The notes beneath the pieces were generated by a model. The model saw only the letters and a list, made by a program, of their open reading frames with translations, was not told the DNA's origin and searched no databases. 55,678 nucleotides of DNA from Gammaproteobacteria bacterium (GTDB taxonomy: Bacteria > Pseudomonadota > Gammaproteobacteria > JACCYU01): contig JACCYU010000078.1 of the NCBI GenBank assembly GCA_013696315.1, positions 1-55,678 on the forward strand, read 5' to 3'. A program made the position numbers and the translations under genes. Positions 39,224 to 49,489 of this stretch are shown here, one piece after another. The first letter of the stretch is position 1, and each line of letters begins with the position of its first letter.

Positions 39224-40123
39224 TCAGCGCCTTCCAAGATAGCCGGGCACGACGGATTCCAGCGAGGTCGGACAGCGCTCGGCGCCGACACAGACGCTGT
39301 CGCGGGTGAGCGACCGGTAATTGTCCAGCGAGAACGGCTTGCCCGGCACATATTCGAGCAGGTTCGCCTGCGCTCTGGACAGGCGCGCCGGCAGGCCAAT
39401 GATCAGCCGCCTGACATCCATCACGCGGGCGATGTATCGAACCACCTCCAGGAGCGTGTAGTTGTGCGGGCCGCACAAATCGATGCGCCTGCCGAATGTC
39501 GTGCGGTCGCGTAGCGCGGCCTCGAAGGCGTCCACCACATCGCCGACGTAAACCGGCGCGAAGCGGGCGTTGGGACAGGCCAGCGGCAGTACCGGCGAGA
39601 ACCTGAGCAGGCCAGCGAAGCGATTGATGAAGCTGTCGTCGGGCCCAAAGATCACCGACGGCCGAAAACTCGTTACGCTGAGATGCTCGCCGGGCCTGGC
39701 ATGGACAAAATCTTCCGCCGCGCCCTTGCTGCGCGAATAAAAACTGGGGCCGGTGGCGGCGTCGGCGCCAAGCGCGCTCATCTGCAGCAGCCGCCGCACA
39801 CCTGCCCGCCGGCAGGCTGTGATTACCGCGCGCGCCAGTTCGACGTGCGCGCGCTGGAAACCCGCGCCATCGTGACCGCGTTCGTTAAGAATTCCGACCA
39901 GGTTGATGACGGTGTCGCAGCCCTGAAAATGCCGTCTCAGTTGCGTGGGGTCGTGCACGTCGGCTTCGATCAGCCTGATTGTGGGCAGCACCAGCAAACC
40001 GCGGTGACGCTCGGGCCTGCGCGTCAATACTTTCACTCGCAGCTGCCGTTCCGCCAGCCGGCTGACGAGGTGCCGCCCAACAAAACCCGTGCCCCCCAGC
40101 ACACAAATAACCTGCTCGCTCAT
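39224..40123 (-). CDS. NAD(P)H-binding SDR, complex I NDUFA9-like family
   Basis: 299 aa with Rossmann motif VLGGTGFVGRHLV. NmrA/NDUFA9-like throughout. Confidence 0.8.
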   Translation of the reverse strand: MSEQVICVLGGTGFVGRHLVSRLAERQLRVKVLTRRPERHRGLLVLPTIRLIEADVHDPTQLRRHFQGCDTVINLVGILNERGHDGAGFQRAHVELARAVITACRRAGVRRLLQMSALGADAATGPSFYSRSKGAAEDFVHARPGEHLSVTSFRPSVIFGPDDSFINRFAGLLRFSPVLPLACPNARFAPVYVGDVVDAFEAALRDRTTFGRRIDLCGPHNYTLLEVVRYIARVMDVRRLIIGLPARLSRAQANLLEYVPGKPFSLDNYRSLTRDSVCVGAERCPTSLESVVPGYLGRR

Positions 40124-40170
40124 CCTGGGAATCGAATTTCGTCGGAGATCGTGCGCAACGCGCGCGACTT

Positions 40171-41445
40171 TCAGGCCGTGCGGCGTGCCGCCCGACGTCG
40201 TCCCGGTCTGCCGGCGCCTGCGTTGCTCGCCGGCAGGCGGGGCTTGCGCTCGATCCTGGCTGGCGGGCGCGGGACGACGAGCAGTTCCGGTTCGACATCC
40301 GCGGCGGGAATCTTGTAGTTTAGAAACTCCTCGATACCCGGCAGGTGAACCGCGTAATCCTCGCAGGCGAAGCTGATGGCGTCGCCTTCCGCGCCAGCGC
40401 GCGCGGTACGCCCGATGCGGTGCACGTAGTCTTCCGCGGATTCTGGCAGATCGAAGTTTATAATGTGGCTGACGGCAGGAATGTGCAGGCCGCGCGAGGC
40501 GACATCGGTCGCCACCAGCAGCGGATACTCGCCGGAGAGAAAACCTTGCAGCAGCGTTTGACGTTTGCGCTGCGGGACATCGCCGGACAACAGCGCGACC
40601 TGATAATCGTTGCCGATGAGCCAGGCCGCGACCTTTTCCGCGACGTGTTTGGTGTTGACGAAAATCATGGTGCGTTCCGGGCGATGCCGTCGCAGCAGGC
40701 CGATCAGCAACGGGATCTTGTCGGCATTGGACGGATAATAGATGATCTGGCGTACGTTGTCGGCCGCGACCTGGTCGGACTCGATCTTGATCAGTTCCGG
40801 GTTGTTCATGTGTTCGTAGGCCAGCTCCATCACGCGATACGAGAGGGTTGCCGAAAACAGCATGGAGAGGCGCTCCTCGGGCTTGGGCATGCGCCGCAGC
40901 AGAAAACGGATGTCCTTGATGAAGCCGAGATCGAACATGCGATCGGCCTCGTCCAGCACCAGGATTTCGATGGCGCGCAGATCAAACACCTTTTGCTTGA
41001 AATAATCGATAATGCGCCCCGGTGTGCCTATGAGGATGTCAACACCCGCCGTCAAGGTGTCGCGCTGTTTCACGTAGTCGGTGCCGCCATAAATCAACCC
41101 CAGTTCGAAGCCCGTGTGGCGGCCCAGCTGCACGGCGTCCTTGTGAATTTGTATGGCGAGTTCCCGCGTCGGCGCGAGGATCAGCGCGCGCGGCTGCGTG
41201 ACGGTGCGGGTGGCGGGCGCCTCTGTGCTCAGTAGGTGCGTATACATCGCGACGAGAAACGCCGCGGTCTTGCCGGTACCGGTCTGCGCCTGACCGGCGA
41301 CGTCGCGGCCGGCGAGCAGGTTCGGCAGGGCGCGGGCCTGAATGAGTGTGCAACGCGAGAAACCCGCGTGGTCCAGCCCCTGCTGGACTGGCGCCGGCAA
41401 CTCGAACTGGGAAAAACTTATGTCGGATAACAGTTGAGTGGTCAT
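40171..41445 (-). CDS. rhlB: ATP-dependent DEAD-box RNA helicase
   Basis: 424 aa. Q motif, [25 protein letters not shown], and an Arg-rich tail. Classical rhlB-trxA-rho neighbourhood. Confidence 0.88.
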   Translation of the reverse strand: MTTQLLSDISFSQFELPAPVQQGLDHAGFSRCTLIQARALPNLLAGRDVAGQAQTGTGKTAAFLVAMYTHLLSTEAPATRTVTQPRALILAPTRELAIQIHKDAVQLGRHTGFELGLIYGGTDYVKQRDTLTAGVDILIGTPGRIIDYFKQKVFDLRAIEILVLDEADRMFDLGFIKDIRFLLRRMPKPEERLSMLFSATLSYRVMELAYEHMNNPELIKIESDQVAADNVRQIIYYPSNADKIPLLIGLLRRHRPERTMIFVNTKHVAEKVAAWLIGNDYQVALLSGDVPQRKRQTLLQGFLSGEYPLLVATDVASRGLHIPAVSHIINFDLPESAEDYVHRIGRTARAGAEGDAISFACEDYAVHLPGIEEFLNYKIPAADVEPELLVVPRPPARIERKPRLPASNAGAGRPGRRRAARRTA

Positions 41446-41573
41446 CGGTCAAGCATAGCGTAATTTGTCGCATGGCGGCTAACCCCTGCGGACATGGACT
41501 TGTTTTGGTCTATGCGTTAATCTCTTGGCCATTAAAATTAACCGCGCGTCACTCCGCTGCGAAGGCTTATCCC

Positions 41574-41900
41574 GTGAGCGAAAAAATCACTCATATTACC
41601 GACGACAGTTTCGACGCTGAAGTGCTCAGCGCGGAGATGCCGGTACTGGTCGATTACTGGGCGGAATGGTGTGGCCCGTGCAAGATGATCGCGCCGATTC
41701 TGGATCAGATCGCTAGCGACTACGACGGTAAACTGAAGGTGACCAAGCTCAACATTGACGACAATCCCGCCGCGCCGCGTCGCTATGGCATACGCGGCAT
41801 CCCCACGCTCATGATCTTCAAGGATGGCGATGTGCAGGCCACCAAGATAGGCGCTGTATCGAAGTCGCAGCTGACCGCATTTATCGATGACAGCATTTAG
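41574..41900 (+). CDS. trxA: thioredoxin
   Basis: GTG 41574 within track ORF 41346..41900: [18 protein letters not shown]...[13 protein letters not shown]. 108 aa. Confidence 0.93.
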   Translation: MSEKITHITDDSFDAEVLSAEMPVLVDYWAEWCGPCKMIAPILDQIASDYDGKLKVTKLNIDDNPAAPRRYGIRGIPTLMIFKDGDVQATKIGAVSKSQLTAFIDDSI

Positions 41901-42212
41901 GTCGCGGATTGCAATAATTTACGCGTGAAGAATTAACGCTGGACGGCCCGCAGGTATGGTGTTAGCATCCAGCAGAATTTAGTTTATTCCTGCCGTTCAG
42001 GCATTTCCTCTTTTTAGCAAACGATACACTGCCAAGACGACGTCCCAGTGGGCGAGAAGCGTTTAAATTGCGCCGTCAAAAGCCAGGCTTTCATCGATAA
42101 ATAAGACCTCTGGCGCCTGCCAAAGGCCCTATGCCGGAATCTGTTTCCAGTGCTGCCGCGCGTATGTGCGCGCCGGCCAGCGCGTTATATCCATTGACGG
42201 TAGCGCAGACTT

Positions 42213-43469
42213 ATGAACCTCACCGAACTCAAGCAGAAACCCGCCGCCGAACTGGTGGACGTCGCCCAGAGCGTGGGTGTAGACGGGATGGCCCGCTCGC
42301 GCAAACAGGACATTATCTTTTCCATTCTCAAGGCGCACGCCAAGAGTGGCGAAGACATCTTCGGCGACGGGGTGCTGGAAATTCTGCAGGACGGGTTCGG
42401 TTTCCTGCGCTCCGCCGACTGTTCTTATCTGGCCGGCCCCGACGATATTTACGTCTCTCCCAGCCAGATACGCCGCTTCAGCCTGCGCACCGGCGACACC
42501 GTATCCGGCAAGATCCGGCCGCCGAAAGACGGCGAACGTTATTTCGCACTGCTGAAGGTCGATCAGATCAACTTCGAGGCACCGGAGAATGCGAAGTACA
42601 AGGTATTGTTCGAAAACCTCACGCCGCTGCACGCCGAAAAAAGGCTTAAGCTGGAGCGCGGCAACGGCAGCACCGAGGACATCACGGCGCGCGTAATCGA
42701 CATCGTGGCGCCCATCGGCAAAGGTCAGCGCGGGCTGATCGTGTCGCCGCCCAAGGCAGGCAAGACCATCATGTTGCAGAACATCTCGCAGAGCATCGCC
42801 ATCAATCATCCCGACTGCTATCTCATTGTGCTGCTTATCGACGAGCGTCCGGAAGAGGTCACCGAGATGGAGCGGATGGTAAAAGGGGAGGTCGTGTCCA
42901 GCACTTTCGACGAGCCCGCCACCCGCCACGTACAGGTCGCCGAGATGGTGATCGAGAAGGCCAAGCGACTGGTCGAACACAGGCTGGACGTGGTGATATT
43001 GCTGGATTCAATTACCCGTCTCGCGCGAGCCTACAACACGGTAGTACCATCCTCGGGCAAGGTGCTGACCGGCGGGGTGGACGCCAACGCGCTGCAGAAG
43101 CCCAAGCGCTTTTTCGGCGCGGCGCGTAACATTGAGGAAGGCGGTTCGTTGACGATCATCGCCACCGCGCTGATCGACACCGGCTCCAAGATGGACGACG
43201 TGATCTTCGAGGAATTCAAGGGCACCGGCAACATGGAAATCCACCTGGATCGCCGCATCTACGAGCGGCGGGTTTTCCCGGCCATCAACATCAATCGCTC
43301 GGGCACCCGCCGCGAGGAGCTGCTCACCAGCCCCGACGAATTGCAGAAAATGTGGGTACTGCGCAAATTTCTCAATCAGATGGACGAAGTGGAAGCCATG
43401 GATTTCATGCTGGGGCGCTTGCAATCGACCAAGACCAACAACGAATTCTTCGAGGCGATGAAGCGTTAG
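42213..43469 (+). CDS. rho: transcription termination factor Rho
   Basis: 418 aa. MNLTELK, GFGFLR RNA-binding motif, Walker A PPKAGKT. A 312-nt leader precedes it. Confidence 0.97.
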   Translation: MNLTELKQKPAAELVDVAQSVGVDGMARSRKQDIIFSILKAHAKSGEDIFGDGVLEILQDGFGFLRSADCSYLAGPDDIYVSPSQIRRFSLRTGDTVSGKIRPPKDGERYFALLKVDQINFEAPENAKYKVLFENLTPLHAEKRLKLERGNGSTEDITARVIDIVAPIGKGQRGLIVSPPKAGKTIMLQNISQSIAINHPDCYLIVLLIDERPEEVTEMERMVKGEVVSSTFDEPATRHVQVAEMVIEKAKRLVEHRLDVVILLDSITRLARAYNTVVPSSGKVLTGGVDANALQKPKRFFGAARNIEEGGSLTIIATALIDTGSKMDDVIFEEFKGTGNMEIHLDRRIYERRVFPAININRSGTRREELLTSPDELQKMWVLRKFLNQMDEVEAMDFMLGRLQSTKTNNEFFEAMKR

Positions 43470-43515
43470 GCCGCTTCAGCAAGATAATCAGCGGGCCAAC
43501 AGTCGCTGGTTAAAC

Positions 43516-44811
43516 TCAACTGCCGCCATCAGCGCGGCGGTTCATGGCCCGATAGCCAATGTCCGTTCGGTAATACGCACCTTCCCACCCGACGCGACGT
43601 ACCCCCCGGTAAGCGAGACTCCGCGCTTCTTCGACGGTAGCGCCGAGCGCCGTGACGCACAGCACGCGCCCGCCGCAGGTGACGATGGCTCCGTCGCATT
43701 CGGCGGTGCCGGCGTGAAACACCTTTACGTCGTCAGCGTCAATGTCGTGCAGGCCGCCAATCGTATGGCCGGACTTGCAGACGCCGGGATAACCGTCCGC
43801 GGCCATGACCACGCCCAGTGCCACCCGCGGGTCCCATTCGACCTTCGCATCCGCAAATTTTTCGCCAAGCGCGGCCAGGCAAAGCTCGACGAGATCCGTT
43901 CGCAGCCGCATCAACAGTGGCTGCGTCTCCGGATCGCCCAGACGACAATTGAATTCAAGCACCTTGGACCTGCCCGCGGCATCGATCATCAGACCGGCAT
44001 ATAAAAAGCCGGTATACGGATTGCCTTCGGCGGCCATGCCGCGCACGGTTGGTTCGATCACCTCGCGCATGATGCGCGCGTGTACGTCAGACGTGACGAC
44101 CGGCGCCGCTGAATATGCGCCCATGCCGCCCGTGTTGGGGCCGGTGTCTCCGTCGTCGCGCGGCTTGTGATCCTGCGAGGTCGCGAGCGGCAATACCTGT
44201 TCGCCGTTCACCATGCAGATAAAACTCGCTTCTTCGCCCTCCAGGAATTCTTCTAACACCACTTGCGTTCCGGCGGCGCCATAAGTTCGGCCACCCAGCA
44301 TGTCGCGGGCCGCGGCGATCGCCTCGTTCTCGCTGTACGCAAGGACCACACCCTTGCCCGCAGCCAGCCCATCGGCCTTGATCACGATGGGCGCGCCGCG
44401 CTCACGGATGTACGCGGTGGCGCTTTCTATATCGGTAAACGCGGCGAACGCCGCGGTGGGGATCTGGTGGCGCGCGAGAAACTCCTTGCTGAAGCGTTTC
44501 GAGCCTTCCAGTTGCGCGGCATCTTTCGTCGGGCCGAAAATACGCAAGCCGGCGGCTTGAAAGGCATCGACTATGCCCGCCACCAGCGGCGCCTCGGGTC
44601 CGACTATCGTCAGGTCGATCGCACTGGCGCACGCGAACTCCAGCAACCCGGCAGTATCTTCCGCGCCGATTTCGACATTCTCCGTCTTCGGCTCGCGCGC
44701 TGTGCCGGCGTTGCCGGGTGCTACGAACACGCGTTCGACTCGCGGCGATTGCGCGACTTTCCAGGCAAGCGCGTGTTCACGCCCGCCGCCGCCAATTATC
44801 AGAATTTTCAT
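43516..44811 (-). CDS. purD: phosphoribosylamine-glycine ligase
   Basis: Internal ATG 44811 of track ORF 43516..44874: MKILIIGGGGREHALAWK. ATP-grasp fold throughout. Confidence 0.94.
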   Translation of the reverse strand: MKILIIGGGGREHALAWKVAQSPRVERVFVAPGNAGTAREPKTENVEIGAEDTAGLLEFACASAIDLTIVGPEAPLVAGIVDAFQAAGLRIFGPTKDAAQLEGSKRFSKEFLARHQIPTAAFAAFTDIESATAYIRERGAPIVIKADGLAAGKGVVLAYSENEAIAAARDMLGGRTYGAAGTQVVLEEFLEGEEASFICMVNGEQVLPLATSQDHKPRDDGDTGPNTGGMGAYSAAPVVTSDVHARIMREVIEPTVRGMAAEGNPYTGFLYAGLMIDAAGRSKVLEFNCRLGDPETQPLLMRLRTDLVELCLAALGEKFADAKVEWDPRVALGVVMAADGYPGVCKSGHTIGGLHDIDADDVKVFHAGTAECDGAIVTCGGRVLCVTALGATVEEARSLAYRGVRRVGWEGAYYRTDIGYRAMNRRADGGS

Positions 44812-44916
44812 CGTCATCTTCAGGGTCATGCGGCGAGCATAGCGTCGAAGCCCGGGTGAGACCAGAGACGCCAATCTCTAAGCAAGCAGCAACAATGATG
44901 GGATTACGCGGCCGTC

Positions 44917-45801
44917 CTATCCATACTTCGGCAGCGCATACGCAAGCGCCAAGGGCAGGGTCACCACCGTCGCCAGGTTGCTGAGCATGACGATGGACGC
45001 CACCTTGGTAGGTTCCTGACGGTAGCGCTCGGCGAATAAAAAATTCAGCACCGCCGGCGGCAGCGCGCCGAACAGAAACAGCACGCCCGCCTGCGCTTTC
45101 GGCAAATCGAGAAACGCCAGCATCAGCGCGGCGATCAAGAGGCCGCTGACCGGCGCGAACACCGCGCCCAGCAGACCGATACGCCACTCGCCGAAGTCAC
45201 CGTCGGTGAGCCGCACGCCCAGCGCGAACAGCATCAGCGGCACGGCGATCTGGCCCAGCATGTTAATGGGCAGGGCTATGGCCTTCGGCACATTCACGCC
45301 CGCCATACTGATCGTCAGTGCAACGATGGCGGTGACGATCACGGGCTGTTTGAACACCGTCATTATGCGTGCGTGCTGATCGAGAATGTAAGTGCCCAAG
45401 CCGAAGTGCGCCAGATTGCCGAGCAGAAAAAGAATCAGCGCCGCCGGCAGCCCGGCATCGCCGAAGGCCAGCACCAGCAGCGGCAGCCCCATGTTGCCGG
45501 CGTTGCGAAACATCATGGGCGGCGCGAACGTCTTGAACTGAATCGATGTTAATCGCGTCAGCACCCAGGCGAGCAGGCCCGAACCTAAAATCACCACAGT
45601 TCCACCCAGCGCGAGCTGCGCGTGCGCCAGATTGAAAGACTGCGTCGACAACGCCGAAAAGACCAGCGCGGGCACGAACACATCGAGATTAATGCGGTTG
45701 GCGACTTCCATTGCCGGCCGCCGGTAATGTCCGTACGCGACGCCCACCGCGACGATCACGAAGATGGGCAGGACGATTTCCAGGATGCGGGCCATGAGCA
45801 T
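44917..45801 (-). CDS. AEC (auxin efflux carrier) family transporter
   Basis: Internal ATG 45801 of track ORF 44917..46029. 294 aa, about 8-10 transmembrane helices, with MFRNAGNMGLPL and ALPPAV motifs typical of the AEC family. Confidence 0.8.
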   Translation of the reverse strand: MLMARILEIVLPIFVIVAVGVAYGHYRRPAMEVANRINLDVFVPALVFSALSTQSFNLAHAQLALGGTVVILGSGLLAWVLTRLTSIQFKTFAPPMMFRNAGNMGLPLLVLAFGDAGLPAALILFLLGNLAHFGLGTYILDQHARIMTVFKQPVIVTAIVALTISMAGVNVPKAIALPINMLGQIAVPLMLFALGVRLTDGDFGEWRIGLLGAVFAPVSGLLIAALMLAFLDLPKAQAGVLFLFGALPPAVLNFLFAERYRQEPTKVASIVMLSNLATVVTLPLALAYALPKYG

Positions 45802-45807
45802 GGAAAA

Positions 45808-45838
45808 TCCCCCTTGATCCCCCTTTGGAAAAGGGGGA
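45808..45838 (-). promoter_or_regulatory. duplicated Shine-Dalgarno with an anti-SD hairpin in the AEC transporter leader
   Basis: The mRNA sense reads UCCCCCUU-UUCCA-AAGGGGGA-UC-AAGGGGGA-UUUUCC-AUG. An 8-bp perfect stem forms between 45831-45838 and 45818-25. An identical AAGGGGGA (45808-15) sits 6 nt from the start codon. Confidence 0.5.
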
Positions 45839-45916
45839 AGAATAGCGCTGCCGCTTCGGCGATGGCGAATGAATATCGCCCCTCTCTTGTTGCAAAGAGG
45901 GGATAGGGAAGATTTT

Positions 45917-47482
45917 TCAGTGTCGGAAATGCCGCACGCCCGTGAACACCATCGCCATGCCGTGCTCGTCCGCGGCGGTGATGATTTCCCCATCGCGCTG
46001 CGAGCCGCCGGGCTGGATGACAGCGGCAATACCGGCTAGATGCGCGGCGTCGATGCCGTCGCGGAAAGGGAAAAAAGCATCGGACGCCATCACCGCGCCC
46101 GCGAGCGGCAGGCCCTCGTCGGCTGCCTTCAGCCCCGCGATGCGGGCCGAATAGACACGGCTCATCTGGCCGGCGCCGATGCCTAGAGTGTGTTCGTCGC
46201 GCGCGTAAACTATGGCGTTCGACTTGACGAACTTCGCTACCCGCCAGGCGAACAGAAGGTCGTCGAGCTCCTGCCAGCCGGGCGCACGTTTGCTGACCAC
46301 CTTGAGGTCGTCTGACGTGATCGCGCGATTGTCCGCGGTCTGCATCAGCAGTCCGGAGCCGATCCGTTTTATGTCGTGCGTGTTGTAACCGTCGCCCGGC
46401 GGAATCTCCAGCGCGCGCATACCGGCTTTACGCTGAATAACTTTGAGCGCATCCGTCTCGAAGCCCGGCGCCAGCAATACTTCGACGAATTGATGCTCGA
46501 TGATAGTTTTAGCGGTGGCCGCGTTGAGTATTCGATTGAAGGCGATGATACCGCCAAAGGCCGAGGTGGGATCGGTGCGATAGGCGCGATCGTAAGCGGC
46601 GCCGATATCTTTCGCGACAGCGGCGCCGCACGGGTTGGCGTGCTTGACGATCACGCAGGCCGGCTGCCCGAAATGGCGCACGCACTCCCACGCCGTATCG
46701 GCGTCCGCGATATTGTTGAAGGACAGTTCCTTGCCCTGTAACTGCCGGAAAGTGGCGAGCGTGCCGGGGGCAGGATATAAATCTCGATACAATGCCGCCT
46801 GCTGGTGCGGGTTCTCGCCGTAGCGCAGGTCCATGACCTTCACGAAACGACCATTGGCCTGCGCGGGAAACGGTTGGCGCGCGCCGTGGCCGTCCAGCGA
46901 AGAAAGATAATCGCTGATCGCGCCATCGTAAACCGCGACGTGATTGAACGCCGCCACGGCGAGGCCGAAGCGCGTCCAGTCCGAGATCGCGCCGTCGCGT
47001 TCCAGGGCCAAGAGCGCGTCTGCATATTGCGCCGGGTCGGTCAGCACGGCCACGTGCGCGTGGTTCTTGGCCGCCGCGCGCAGCATCGCCGGCCCGCCGA
47101 TGTCGATGTTCTCGATCGCTTCGGCCAGCGTATGGTCAGCGCGCGCCACAGTCTGCTCGAAGGGATAGAGGTTCACCACCAGCAGATCGATGGGCGGAAT
47201 ATCCATGCTGGCCATGACCGCGTCATCTTCGCCGGGCCGGCCGAGGATGCCGCCGTGAATCCTGGGATGCAGGGTCTTGACCCGCCCGTCCATGATCTCG
47301 GGAAAGCCGGTGTAATCGGAGACCTCGATAACCGGAATGTCATGCTTGGCCAGCAGGCGCGCGGTCCCGCCGGTGGACAGTATCTCCATGCCCAGTTTGC
47401 GCAGGCGTTGCGCGAGTTCAACGATACCGTTCTTGTCGGAAACACTGAGCAGCGCGCGTGCGGGTGACGGAGTCATGGGCAA
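45917..47482 (-). CDS. purH: bifunctional AICAR formyltransferase / IMP cyclohydrolase
   Basis: 521 aa. [15 protein letters not shown] (MGS-like domain) and a C-terminal AICARFT domain ending [11 protein letters not shown]. Confidence 0.96.
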   Translation of the reverse strand: MPMTPSPARALLSVSDKNGIVELAQRLRKLGMEILSTGGTARLLAKHDIPVIEVSDYTGFPEIMDGRVKTLHPRIHGGILGRPGEDDAVMASMDIPPIDLLVVNLYPFEQTVARADHTLAEAIENIDIGGPAMLRAAAKNHAHVAVLTDPAQYADALLALERDGAISDWTRFGLAVAAFNHVAVYDGAISDYLSSLDGHGARQPFPAQANGRFVKVMDLRYGENPHQQAALYRDLYPAPGTLATFRQLQGKELSFNNIADADTAWECVRHFGQPACVIVKHANPCGAAVAKDIGAAYDRAYRTDPTSAFGGIIAFNRILNAATAKTIIEHQFVEVLLAPGFETDALKVIQRKAGMRALEIPPGDGYNTHDIKRIGSGLLMQTADNRAITSDDLKVVSKRAPGWQELDDLLFAWRVAKFVKSNAIVYARDEHTLGIGAGQMSRVYSARIAGLKAADEGLPLAGAVMASDAFFPFRDGIDAAHLAGIAAVIQPGGSQRDGEIITAADEHGMAMVFTGVRHFRH

Positions 47483-47564
47483 TTAGTAATCAGCCTCTGC
47501 ATTATTGGCCGGTGCATGAACCTCTGCAGGGTGTTCAGTTTGATCCCGTACGCCGGCGCATAGC

Positions 47565-47720
47565 GACACATCCAGGCGCCGCGTAGCCCTCCATGGCGAA
47601 AAACGTCCCGACTGCTCACCCACTGCGGTCGGTGGATACGCCCGCAAGCTTGTGTGCGCCCGCCCGGACGGGGTGGCGGGTTACCACCCTGCATCGTCAC
47701 ATCGCCAGATCACCTTACCG
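47565..47720 (-). promoter_or_regulatory. weak candidate ZTP (pfl-motif) riboswitch-like leader upstream of purH
   Basis: The minus-strand RNA contains, in canonical order, GUGAUCUGGCGA (consensus GUGACUGGCGA), the hairpin GGGUGG-uaacccg-CCACCC, and about 110 nt later GCGCCUGGAU (consensus CCGCCUGGGC). There are several mismatches and no P1 could be verified. Confidence 0.3.
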
Positions 47721-47795
47721 TTATGCCAGAGGTGCAGCGGATCGATCCGGCGCGAGTGAATGATCGCCGCCCGGAACGGGCATAACGGCGAACGC

Positions 47796-48074
47796 CTACT
47801 CTAGTCCGTAATGCTTGAGCTTTTTGCGCAAGGTGCCACGATTGAGACCAAGACACTGCGCGGCCTGGGTCTGGTTACCGTCGCAGCGCTTCATCAGGAT
47901 TTCGAGCAGCGGTCGCTCGACTTCCTCGATCACCAGGCGATAAAGGCTGTCCGGCTGATGGCCATTTAGCTGATCGAAAAAGAGCGACATGGCAATTCTT
48001 ACCGCCGTGCATAGCGGTTGTTTGCGTCGCTCCTGGTTGGGCAATACCGATGCCGAATGCTGAACCATTCGCAT
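47796..48074 (-). CDS. fis: DNA-binding protein Fis
   Basis: 92 aa with C-terminal HTH GNQTQAAQCLGLNRGTLRKKLKHYGL. Confidence 0.9.
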   Translation of the reverse strand: MRMVQHSASVLPNQERRKQPLCTAVRIAMSLFFDQLNGHQPDSLYRLVIEEVERPLLEILMKRCDGNQTQAAQCLGLNRGTLRKKLKHYGLE

Positions 48075-48214
48075 ATCTTAGTTTATCTCCGGTCAGCTTC
48101 AAGGCGGGAATCACTAGGCGGCCCCGGTGTCCGATCAAGTGCTGAGACTCGAAACGAACTAGTTACCAGTGTTGACGGCATACCGGCGCGCCCGGCTTGC
48201 CCGGGACGGCTCTT

Positions 48215-48481
48215 TTAAATTTTTGTGGGTGTAAGTGCGCGATGACTTACGGGATGGTTATCATGGCATTCGCTCCGAATGCTGCCAACCCCTTCAAGCA
48301 TTTTTTTTGCCGCAGAAATAACCGGCGGTAATCGATAATCGAAATGGCAAGTGGACCTAAAGGATCGGTCACTTCCGTTCAAAAGGTGATCGCGCTCAAG
48401 ATAGGCATTGCCGGCCAGCAGCAGTAAACTGATGACGATGATCAGCGCGTCACGCGAAATACTGACTTGTAGGTCGGGCAC
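48215..48481 (-). CDS. doubtful small ORF (one hydrophobic helix) in the AT-rich prmA-fis spacer
   Basis: 88-aa track ORF with no recognisable family. It occupies the position where dusB would be expected. Confidence 0.2.
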   Translation of the reverse strand: MPDLQVSISRDALIIVISLLLLAGNAYLERDHLLNGSDRSFRSTCHFDYRLPPVISAAKKMLEGVGSIRSECHDNHPVSHRALTPTKI

Positions 48482-48491
48482 TTGCGAACCA

Positions 48492-49404
48492 TCAGCGGCT
48501 CGCCGGGCGTCTGAGCCCTGCCAGCAGTGACCAGCCCCCTTTTGCTTGTGCCGGCGCGAACGTAAACCACGGCGAATAAACGGCGGCCAAGGCGTCAGCC
48601 TGCTCGGTCAGCAGTCCGGACAGCACCACACGCCCGCCGGGCATCACGCGCGTAGCGAAGGTTTGCGCCAGCCCAATTAGCGGACGCGCCACGATGTTGG
48701 CGAGCAGCAGGTCGGCCGCATGCATGGGGAGTTCCTCAGGGCAATACGTCTGCAGCGCGCGTGTCCCGATGCCGTTGCGCGCGGCATTGTCGCGCGTGGC
48801 GAAGAGCGCCTGCGGGTCGATGTCCACCGCGTATACGCGGCGCGCGCCGAGTTTCAGCGCCGCCAGCCCGAGGATGCCAGAGCCACAACCATAGTCGATC
48901 ACCTCGCAGTTGCGGGGGCGGATTCGCGTCCAGCCACTGAAGACACAGCGCGGTGGTAGGGTGATCCCCTGTGCCGAAGGCGAGGCCGGGATCGAGAAAA
49001 AGATCGACCGACGAGGATATCTGGACAGGGTGGTCACGCTCAGGGTGCCGAGCTTGGGGGCCATCGCCGCGGCGTACGCGCAAGCGACGCCCGAATGTCA
49101 AGGTCGCGCAATCGTGTTTCCAGACTTGCGTCCAGTCCCGCTCCGCAAGGCGCGTAATTTCCAGCGGGGGCCGGCCCGCGAGCATGCCGTGCAAACGCCG
49201 TTGCAATGATTCAGTGTCGATGTTATCGGCATACAGACCCGTGACGACAACGGTGGGCCACACGGGCGCCTCCCCCGGCCGCGGTTCCAGCACGGGATCG
49301 TCGGCGGCGTCACGCAAGGTCACCGAACAGGCGCCATGATCCAGCAGCGCCTGCTCGGTTGAGGCAAGTTGCGCGCGATCAATGGTGAGGGAGATTTGAA
49401 GCAT
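48492..49404 (-). pseudogene. prmA: ribosomal protein L11 methyltransferase, interrupted by a +1 frameshift in a homopolymer
   Basis: The N-terminal part is in the frame of ORF 48736..49404 (LDPGLAFGTGDHPTTALCLQWLDANPPP). The C-terminal part is in the frame of ORF 48492..49064 (NCEVIDYGCGSGILGLAALKLGA...DIDPQAL). The total span is 913 nt, which is 3n+1. The switch maps to the G5 run at 48914-48918. Confidence 0.85.
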
Positions 49405-49489
49405 ACATAACGCGCGTGGGCGCAGTTCTTCGAAGCTTAGGCGCGCCAGGAGCGGACTTTGCGAAACCAGCTTCGCGCGAGCGGGCTCT

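Noticed and set aside
40345-42980. ORFs 40345..41235 (+, 296 aa), opposite rhlB, and 42129..42980 (-, 283 aa), opposite rho.
   Set aside because: They are shadow ORFs opposite genes with unmistakable DEAD-box and Rho motifs.
48190-48224. A terminator-like structure on the plus strand (CCCGG-cttgc-CCGGG followed by CTCTTTTAAATTTTT), hinting at a small RNA divergent from fis.
   Set aside because: The stem is only 5 bp. No convincing promoter or conserved element is visible upstream, so the evidence is too weak to call.
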